A program made the position numbers and the translations under genes. A stretch of 20,822 nt of DNA from Candidatus Fraserbacteria bacterium (GTDB lineage Bacteria; Bipolaricaulota; Bipolaricaulia; RBG-16-55-9; JANLFV01), in the NCBI GenBank assembly GCA_037446135.1, contig JBBIJD010000031.1:1-20822 (forward strand), given 5' to 3'. The number at the start of each line of letters is the position of its first letter. The first letter of the stretch is position 1. Shown one piece after another: positions 1 through 6,583 of this stretch. The notes beneath the pieces are model-generated. The model was not told where the DNA came from. It saw only the letters and a list, made by a program, of their open reading frames with translations, and did no database searches.

Positions 1-587
1 CGCTGGTCTTCATGACCGCCTGGCGGGCGCTCATCACCCGTGCTGAACTCCGGCCTGGTGAGGATATCCTCATCTTAGGCGCTGGAGGGGGCGTCGCCAC
101 GGCCGCGATCCAGATCGCAAAGCTGGTAGGGGCCCGGGTCTTCGCGACCGCCTCTAGCGAGGAGAAGCTCGAAGGGGCGAAGCGGCTGGGGGCCGATTTC
201 CTGATCAACTACAAGGAGGTCGAGTTCGATAAGGAGGTCCGCCGGCTCACCAACAGGCGGGGCGTGGATGTGGTAGTCGACTCGATCGGGGCGGAGACCT
301 GGCTTAAGAGCTTGAGGAGCTTAGCCAAGGGCGGGCGCTTAGTGACCTACGGGGCCACGAGCGGGCCGAACCCCCAGACCGAGCTCCGCCTTATCTTTTG
401 GAATCAGCTTAAGATTATCGGCTCGACGATGGCCTCCACCAAGGAGCTCCATGAAGTCCTGAAATTGCTCTGGGCGGGGAAGCTCAAGCCGGTGATCCAT
501 AAAGTGATGCCCCTCCAAGAGGCGGCCGAAGCCCAGCGCCTGCTCGAGGAGCGCCGAGTCTTCGGGAAGGTCGTGCTCGTGCTGTAA
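1..587 (+). CDS. MDR-family zinc-binding dehydrogenase / NADPH:quinone oxidoreductase (5' truncated by window edge)
   Basis: Rossmann motif ILILGAGGGVATAAIQIAKLVGARV; GVDVVVDSIG, GGRLVTYGATSG and C-terminal GKVVL are typical of the QOR/MDR family. The frame is open from the window start (PLVFMTAW), so the true start lies upstream. Confidence 0.9.
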   Translation, partial: LVFMTAWRALITRAELRPGEDILILGAGGGVATAAIQIAKLVGARVFATASSEEKLEGAKRLGADFLINYKEVEFDKEVRRLTNRRGVDVVVDSIGAETWLKSLRSLAKGGRLVTYGATSGPNPQTELRLIFWNQLKIIGSTMASTKELHEVLKLLWAGKLKPVIHKVMPLQEAAEAQRLLEERRVFGKVVLVL

Positions 588-605
588 AATAGGGCTAGGG
601 AACTG

Positions 606-3600
606 ATGAGCGCCAAGATGGAGCGCCTGCCTCTGGGGGGTTTGCCCCCCGCAGTCAATAACTCCTCGCTGTTTACTGATTATTACCTGACCGAGCTGCT
701 CAAAGATGAGCCATTCTTCCGGGAGATCACTCCGCAGGCGAAAGAGGCCTGGGAGGCAATCAAGTCCCAGTATGAAAGAGTAAAGGGACTGCTTCCGGGA
801 GCCAATGAGGCGGAGACCGAGCGCCGGTTCATCCGCCCGGTGCTCGACATCCTGGGATACGAGGATCTCTATAGCCTCCAGCCGCCGGTTCCCTCTCCTG
901 AAGGGGTTCGTCGCCCCGACTTTGCCTTCTTCGCCTCCCGAGATGACCTAGAGGAGGCCGAGAAGAACCTGAAGGGCAGACCGGAATACTTTGCCAAGGC
1001 CCTGGCCGTCGGGGATGCCAAGCAATGGGAGCGCTCGCTCGACAGGAAGCTCAAGGGCCGAGGAGATCCGTTCACCAACCAGAATCCTAGCTACCAGATC
1101 GACTTCTACCTCCGGATGACCGATAAAGAATGGGGAATCCTGACCAACGGCCGTTATTGGCGGCTCTACCACCGTGATACCAGCTATCGAATGAACGTCT
1201 TCTATGAGATCGACCTCCCGGCTATGCTGGAGGGATACAACGATGATTTCCTGTATTTTTACGCCTTCTTCTACAAGGAGGCCTTCACCAGTGGCTTCCT
1301 GGATCAGGCCTATCATAAGAGCCAGCAGTATATCGGCAAGCTCGGTGATGAACTCAAGGAGAATGTCTACGAGGCTCTGCGGTTGCTGGCCGAGGGCTTC
1401 CTAAAATTTCCCGAAAATGGCCTCTCCGAGGAGGACTTAGGCGAGATCCGTGCCAATACCTTCGTGCTGATCTACCGGCTTCTCTTCCTCTTCTACGCCG
1501 AGGATCGCGGGCTGCTGCCCCTGAGGAATCCGAACTATCGCTCTTACAGCCTCCACAATCTAGCTCAGGAGATCGCTGAGCGGCTGGATGCCGGATGGTC
1601 CTTCAGCCCCAGCGCTCGTGGCTACTGGACCAGACTGCAAGACCTCTTTCACATCGTGAACGAGGGCGATCCCGCACTGGGCGTGCCACCTTACAACGGC
1701 GGGCTCTTCGACAAGGACAAGCATCCCTTCTTGGAGAAGTATAAGGTGGGCGATCTCTACCTGGCGATCTCCATCGACCGGCTCGCCCGCGCGGAGGCCT
1801 CAGGCCCAGCTCAGGCAGGCGTAGGCCGCGGGCCGGTGAGCTACCGCGATCTCGAGATCCGCCACCTCGGGGCGGTCTACGAAGGGCTCCTAGAGCACCA
1901 CCTGCGGGTCGCCGACCGCGAGATCGCGGTGATCAAGGAGAAGGGCCGGGAGAAGTTCGTCCCGGTTGAGGAGCTGAACGGCCGCAGGCCCCTCAAGACT
2001 TACCGGGTCGGCGAGGTCTACCTGGAGACCGACAAGGGCGAACGGAAGGCCACCGGGAGCTACTATACCCCACATTACATCGTCCAGTATATCGTCCGGA
2101 ACACGCTGGGGCCGGTGATCGATGAGAAACGCAAGGAACTCCAGAAGGAGAAGCACGAGCTAGAGGAGAGGATCAAGCAAAGCCGGGGCTACAACCGCGA
2201 GGTCTACGAGAGACAGCTCCATGAGCTTGATAGCCACCTGATCGAGGAGATCCTCTCCATCAAAGTGTTAGATCCGGCGATGGGCTCCGGCCACTTCCTG
2301 GTGGAGGCGACCGACTTCCTCGCCCGAGAGATGATCCGTGCTTTGGGCGAGTCCCCCAAGGAGGTCGAAGAGGAGGAGATCCGCTGGGCGCGCCGCGAGG
2401 TGGTCGAGCGGTGCATCTTCGGCGTGGACCTGAACCCCTTGGCAGTGGAGTTGGCCAAGCTCAGCTTGTGGCTCTATACTGTAGCTAAAGATCGCCCGCT
2501 CTCCTTCCTCGACCACCATCTGCGCTTGGGGAACTCCTTGCTCGGCGCCTGGGTGAAGGACCTCGGCGCGCTGCCGATCTTGAGCAAGAAAGACAAGAGG
2601 GTTAAGGAAGCAAGGTGGATGGGAGGGCTGTTTGAAGGCCAGTTAAAGCGATGTCTGCCTGTGGTCATCGGCCAGGTTGTGAAGCTCTTGCGGATGCCCT
2701 CGGACAAGGTCGAACAAATCCGTGAAAAGGAGCGAATCTATGAGGCGATCTTGCGGGTCCTCCGGCCCTTCAAAGAGGTGGCCAGCGTCTGGCTCTCAGT
2801 CCATTTCGGCAACGCTTTGGCGGAAGAGGACTATGAAAAGCTGCTCGTGAAGCTTGCTAACTCGCCAGCTGCCTGGGAGAGCGAGGTCCGCTCCCGGCCC
2901 TGGTTTGCCACGGCCCAGGAGATTGCCGAAGAGAAGCGCTTCTTCCACTGGGAGCTGGAGTTCCCTGAGGTCTTCTATCAGGAGAATGGCCAACGGAAGG
3001 AGGACCCCGGCTTCGACGTCGTGCTCGGCAACCCACCCTATGTGCGCCAGGAGCAGTTGAAGGAGAGCAAAGACTACTTCAAGGCGGCGTTCACCGCCTA
3101 CGACAGCACCGCCGATCTTTATGTCTACTTCTATGAGGTCAGCCACCGCCTGCTGCGCCGCCGGGGCCGCTTCGGGATGATCACCTCCAACAAGTTCATC
3201 CGCGCCGCTTACGGCGAGGCCCTGCGGAGGTATCTCACAGAGAACGCTCACATCGAGGAGCTGATCGACTTCGGCGATCTGCCAGTCTTTCCAGATGTGT
3301 CGGCATACCCGTGCATTGTGCTGACGGTCAAGGCGGAGCACGATGGCCGGTCGACGCGCTATTTACGAGTGCCCTCGCTGGAGTTCGATTCGCTGGAGCA
3401 GTTGGTGGAGGAGAAGGCCGCCGCGCTCCCCGCGGATGCCATCTCTGGAACAGGATGGCGGCTGATGGGCCCGGCGGAGCGCGTGATCCTAGTCAAGATG
3501 GAACAAGCCAGTGTCCCGCTGAAGGCTTGGCTGGGGCAGACCGAAATTCGCCGCGGCGTGCTCACAGGCTTCAATGAGGCCTTCTTCATCGACGAGGGGA

Positions 3601-4256
3601 CGCGGGCGCGGCTGATCGCTGAGGACCCCAAGAGCGTTGAGCTGATCAAGCCCCTGGTGGTCGGCGAGGACATCAAGCGCTATGAGATCGAATTCAAAGG
3701 ACGGTATCTGATCTTCACGAGGCACAAGACGCCAATAGCTCAGTATCCAGCGATAAAAGCGTATCTAGAGAAGTTTAGGAAGGAACTACTCCCGCAACCG
3801 CCGGACTGGGATGAGGAGAAGCACGGCAAGTGGCCAGGCCGGAAGCCAGGGACCTATCAATGGTATGAAATTCAGGATACCATCGATTATTACGAGGATT
3901 TCGAGAGGCCGAAGATCATCTTTGGCCGCTTCATGGATCGCCCTCTCTTCGGCTTCGATGCCACGGCGAGGTATTTCACTAATGACGCCATGTATATCGC
4001 GGCCGTGCCGGACGGTTATCCAGTTACCTTGTTGAACAGCCAGCTAGGGTGGCACTGGCTCACACACAAGTGCACCGACTTACGCGGCCAATACATTCAG
4101 GTATTCATTCAAGACCTTGAGGTCTTCCCCATCCGGCGTATCTCCTTCACCACTCCCAAGGGGGAGCGGGCGCGGCTGGTGGAGGAGGGGAAGCGGCTGT
4201 ATCTTGAGGCATTAGAGAAATTAGGGAGAAGAGAGAAAAGGAGTGAGAAGCGATGA
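606..4256 (+). CDS. Type IIG/IIL fused restriction endonuclease-N6-adenine methyltransferase (Eco57I/TaqI-like), N-terminal and main part
   Basis: N-terminal HsdR_N-like nuclease (NEAETE..FIRPVLDILGY, RPDFAFF, GDAKQW = PD-(D/E)xK, WGILTNGRYWRLY). Helical spacer YNGGLF, LGAVYEGLLE and RKATGSYYTP. Motif I VLDPAMGSGHFL, GVDLNPLAVELAKLSLWL, FHWELEFPEVF and motif IV GNPPY. TaqI_C-like target recognition region near the C-terminus. Confidence 0.93.
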   Translation: MSAKMERLPLGGLPPAVNNSSLFTDYYLTELLKDEPFFREITPQAKEAWEAIKSQYERVKGLLPGANEAETERRFIRPVLDILGYEDLYSLQPPVPSPEGVRRPDFAFFASRDDLEEAEKNLKGRPEYFAKALAVGDAKQWERSLDRKLKGRGDPFTNQNPSYQIDFYLRMTDKEWGILTNGRYWRLYHRDTSYRMNVFYEIDLPAMLEGYNDDFLYFYAFFYKEAFTSGFLDQAYHKSQQYIGKLGDELKENVYEALRLLAEGFLKFPENGLSEEDLGEIRANTFVLIYRLLFLFYAEDRGLLPLRNPNYRSYSLHNLAQEIAERLDAGWSFSPSARGYWTRLQDLFHIVNEGDPALGVPPYNGGLFDKDKHPFLEKYKVGDLYLAISIDRLARAEASGPAQAGVGRGPVSYRDLEIRHLGAVYEGLLEHHLRVADREIAVIKEKGREKFVPVEELNGRRPLKTYRVGEVYLETDKGERKATGSYYTPHYIVQYIVRNTLGPVIDEKRKELQKEKHELEERIKQSRGYNREVYERQLHELDSHLIEEILSIKVLDPAMGSGHFLVEATDFLAREMIRALGESPKEVEEEEIRWARREVVERCIFGVDLNPLAVELAKLSLWLYTVAKDRPLSFLDHHLRLGNSLLGAWVKDLGALPILSKKDKRVKEARWMGGLFEGQLKRCLPVVIGQVVKLLRMPSDKVEQIREKERIYEAILRVLRPFKEVASVWLSVHFGNALAEEDYEKLLVKLANSPAAWESEVRSRPWFATAQEIAEEKRFFHWELEFPEVFYQENGQRKEDPGFDVVLGNPPYVRQEQLKESKDYFKAAFTAYDSTADLYVYFYEVSHRLLRRRGRFGMITSNKFIRAAYGEALRRYLTENAHIEELIDFGDLPVFPDVSAYPCIVLTVKAEHDGRSTRYLRVPSLEFDSLEQLVEEKAAALPADAISGTGWRLMGPAERVILVKMEQASVPLKAWLGQTEIRRGVLTGFNEAFFIDEGTRARLIAEDPKSVELIKPLVVGEDIKRYEIEFKGRYLIFTRHKTPIAQYPAIKAYLEKFRKELLPQPPDWDEEKHGKWPGRKPGTYQWYEIQDTIDYYEDFERPKIIFGRFMDRPLFGFDATARYFTNDAMYIAAVPDGYPVTLLNSQLGWHWLTHKCTDLRGQYIQVFIQDLEVFPIRRISFTTPKGERARLVEEGKRLYLEALEKLGRREKRSEKR

Positions 4257-4465
4257 CCGACAAAGAAGCAACAGCTGAGATCTTTTGGACAGCGTTCAAA
4301 GCGCTATCGAAAGAGGAGCAAGAGGCCGTCCTCGCACGTCTCCTCCAAGATGAGGACTTTGTCGAAGACCTCATCGATATCGCGCTCATCGAAGAGGCAC
4401 GCCGTGAAACTGGACGAGATGTGCCGTTGCGTGAATACATGGAAGAGCGAGATATTCGCTCATGA
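4253..4465 (+). CDS. Putative antitoxin (small acidic protein upstream of RelE)
   Basis: 70 aa, acidic, with a C-terminal EDLIDIALIEEARRE segment resembling RelB-type toxin-binding helices. SD AAGGAG at about 4238-4243; ATGA overlaps with both the RM stop and the toxin start. Confidence 0.75.
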   Translation: MTDKEATAEIFWTAFKALSKEEQEAVLARLLQDEDFVEDLIDIALIEEARRETGRDVPLREYMEERDIRS

Positions 4466-4725
4466 GCACCGGTTACTCCGTGTTCTTGCGGCCAGCGGCA
4501 CAGCGAGACTTAGATCGCTTGCCCCCAGCTATTTACCAGCGTGTGGCAGAAGCATTGATCAAGTTAGAGCAGGAGCCTAGACCTCGTGGGAGCAAGAAAC
4601 TGACAGGGTGCGCAAATGAGTGGCGCTTGCGCGTGGGAGCGTATCGCGTGCTCTATGAGATCGATGATAAGGCCGGAGTGGTTCGGATCTTCCGCATCCG
4701 CCACTGTCGGGAGGTATATCGATGA
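4462..4725 (+). CDS. relE: RelE/ParE-superfamily type II toxin (RelE/StbE-like)
   Basis: 87 aa, basic. YSVFLRPAAQRDLDRL, PRPRGSKKL, WRLRVGAYRVLYEIDD and IRHCREVY match the RelE pattern. Confidence 0.9.
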   Translation: MSTGYSVFLRPAAQRDLDRLPPAIYQRVAEALIKLEQEPRPRGSKKLTGCANEWRLRVGAYRVLYEIDDKAGVVRIFRIRHCREVYR

Positions 4726-5363
4726 GCGATTCTTCAAGGGCCGAAGAAGTTTTCCAAGAGCTACTCCGGTTCATCGATGAGCGCCTACAGAAAGGGCACG
4801 CGCCTGATCCCAAGCTGGTCAAGGCCCACAACGCCGACCCGTTGAACAAGGATTGGCAGATCCCCGAGGACGCGCTCTGGGAGCAGAGCGATGTGGTCCA
4901 CGACCTCTTGGCATTCCTCGCCGAGCAAATGATCGGGCTAAATAGGCAGAAGCAGGCCAAGATACATGAGTTCCTGGAATGGCTCGAGGCTGAGTTGCAA
5001 ATAAAACCGGATGAGAAGGGCAACACTGGCATCGAGGCCCTCAGCGGCAAGACGAGACTAAAGAACTATCTGGGCGACTACCAGAAGGGCGAAGAGCATC
5101 TGAGCTTCGATGAGTTTTGGAAACTGCTCAAGAGGAACGAAAGCCACATTGGTATTAAGCTCTCACCGAACTTCCGCGTGCGGCTGGAAGGATACTATCG
5201 TGCCAATCTTGTCGAGCTCTTGTCCATCAAGCGGAAGCTGGAGCTGACTGATAAGCTAATCGATCAAATCGTTTACAAGCTCTATGGCCTGACCGCCGAG
5301 GAGATCGCGCTCGCCGAGGGCCGCGACGTGAGGCACGCTCGAATCGCGTATAGCCCCCAATAG
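4722..5363 (+). CDS. Separately encoded C-terminal helical part of the Type IIG RM enzyme
   Basis: EQSDVVHDLLAFLAEQMIGLNRQKQ..FLEWLE and TDKLIDQIVYKLYGLTAEEIALAEG match the usual Type IIG C-terminus (ID..VY.LYGLT.EEI..VEG), which is absent from 606-4256. SD GGAGGT at 4710-4715; same frame as 606-4256. Confidence 0.85.
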   Translation: MSDSSRAEEVFQELLRFIDERLQKGHAPDPKLVKAHNADPLNKDWQIPEDALWEQSDVVHDLLAFLAEQMIGLNRQKQAKIHEFLEWLEAELQIKPDEKGNTGIEALSGKTRLKNYLGDYQKGEEHLSFDEFWKLLKRNESHIGIKLSPNFRVRLEGYYRANLVELLSIKRKLELTDKLIDQIVYKLYGLTAEEIALAEGRDVRHARIAYSPQ

Positions 5364-5398
5364 AAGCGCTCCATTCCCCCCTGTAGAGTTGGCGATGC

Positions 5399-5938
5399 TC
5401 ATACGCTTAGCGCTTCAATGATGGTGCGGCAGAAGGCGGGGAGGTCGGCGGGGGACCTTGAGGTGATCAGGTTTCCGTCCCGGACGACCTCCTGATCGAG
5501 CCACTCCGCGCCGGCGTGGATCAGGTCGTCCTTGATGGAGGAGAAGCTCGTGACCCTCCTTCCTTTGACGATCCCGGCGGAGGCGAGCATCCACCCGGCA
5601 TGGCAGATCGCGGCCACCACCTTCCCCCGGTCATAGGCCTCCCGGACCAGCCGGACCATCTCCGGGGAGCGGCGCATCAGGTCCGGGGCATAGCCGCCGG
5701 GGATGATGATGGCATGGAACTCCTCGGCCTTAACATCCTTGGCCGCAAGCTTCGCCTCCGCAGGGTAGCCGAGCTTGCTCTTGTAAGTTCCGACCTCCGG
5801 GCCGACGGGGACCACTTCGGCCCCCTCCTCCCTCAAGCGATAGTAAGGATACCAGAATTCGAGCTCCTGGTAGAGGTCGGCCACGAGCAGGGCGATCCGC
5901 TTCCCCTTGAGTCTCATCTCTTCCAGTTTTGCTCCCAC
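5399..5938 (-). CDS. pfpI: PfpI/DJ-1 family type 1 glutamine amidotransferase-like protease/deglycase
   Basis: YQELEFWYP, IIIPGGYAPD, nucleophile elbow AAICHAGW, VVRDGNLITSRSPADLPAF. The start may be the ATG at 5917 rather than the GTG at 5938. Confidence 0.92.
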   Translation of the reverse strand: MGAKLEEMRLKGKRIALLVADLYQELEFWYPYYRLREEGAEVVPVGPEVGTYKSKLGYPAEAKLAAKDVKAEEFHAIIIPGGYAPDLMRRSPEMVRLVREAYDRGKVVAAICHAGWMLASAGIVKGRRVTSFSSIKDDLIHAGAEWLDQEVVRDGNLITSRSPADLPAFCRTIIEALSV

Positions 5939-5961
5939 TCCTTGCTTACGGACAGCGAGGG

Positions 5962-5990
5962 AGCTTAGCAGTCCGGCAGCTTCCGGTCAA
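5962..5990 (-). promoter_or_regulatory. sigma70-type promoter for pfpI
   Basis: Minus strand TTGACC (5990-5985), 17 nt, TAAGCT (5967-5962), with TG immediately upstream of the -10 in extended -10 position. Confidence 0.6.
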
Positions 5991-5996
5991 GTAGGT

Positions 5997-6026
5997 TTGT
6001 CCGCCGAAGGAGGAGAAGGATAAGAT
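5997..6026 (+). promoter_or_regulatory. Possible sigma70-type promoter for the 6056/6580 operon
   Basis: TTGTCC, 18 nt, TAAGAT, followed by SD GAGGAGG before the ATG at 6056. Confidence 0.45.
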
Positions 6027-6055
6027 AAGCTTGGCCGATTGAGGAGGTAGAAGGG

Positions 6056-6583
6056 ATGAACACCTGGGTCATCTTGGTAGTTGTCCTCGGTGCGGCTGCC
6101 CTGGCCACGATCGTGATCGTCGGGGTGAGCATGAGCGGTGGCCCCTCTCTCCCTAAGGAGCTCCTCCCCCAAGGGATCGTGGGATTCCAGTTGGTCGATC
6201 GCTTCGACTATATTGAGCCGATCTTCGAGGGTGAGCGGTATTCCATGCTCGTCTCCTTCGCTCCGGCCGAAGGAGCAGAGTTCGCCGAGAAGGTCGAGCG
6301 GATGGGGATCACCGCCTATCTATTCAAGAGCCAAAGGAAGGCCCGCGCGGCCATGGAGATGCTCCTCGACTCCATGGGCTTAGGGACCGAGGAGATCGAG
6401 CTCGATGGCCAGCTCGCCTTCGCCTACGATGGGCTCGGCCAAGCCGGCCTGATCTGGCAGATGGGGCCGGTGATCTACCAAGTCCTCGTTACCGTGCCGG
6501 AGGGGGGCGAGCCGGACCCTGAGGCCCTCGAGAAAGCGGCCCACGCCGCGGCAAAGGCGGTCTTCAAGCTCTGGGGGAAGTGA
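6056..6583 (+). CDS. Hypothetical protein with N-terminal membrane anchor/signal
   Basis: Strong SD, hydrophobic N-terminus, codon usage like neighbouring genes, GTGA overlap with the next gene. Confidence 0.75.
   Translation: MNTWVILVVVLGAAALATIVIVGVSMSGGPSLPKELLPQGIVGFQLVDRFDYIEPIFEGERYSMLVSFAPAEGAEFAEKVERMGITAYLFKSQRKARAAMEMLLDSMGLGTEEIELDGQLAFAYDGLGQAGLIWQMGPVIYQVLVTVPEGGEPDPEALEKAAHAAAKAVFKLWGK

Noticed and set aside
4350..4580. 76-aa alternative-frame ORF across the TA pair
   Set aside because: Ser/Arg-rich shadow ORF that overlaps two better-supported genes.
4254..4721. Stop read-through or an intein joining the two same-frame RM halves
   Set aside because: That frame contains further stops (TAG at 4578-4580 and a TGA at about 4617-4619), and no intein motifs are visible.
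4200..4800. IS element, integron cassette or self-splicing intron as carrier of the TA pair
   Set aside because: No transposase, terminal inverted repeats, target duplication, attC-like palindrome or group I/II intron motifs were seen by eye; the interval is fully occupied by two ORFs.
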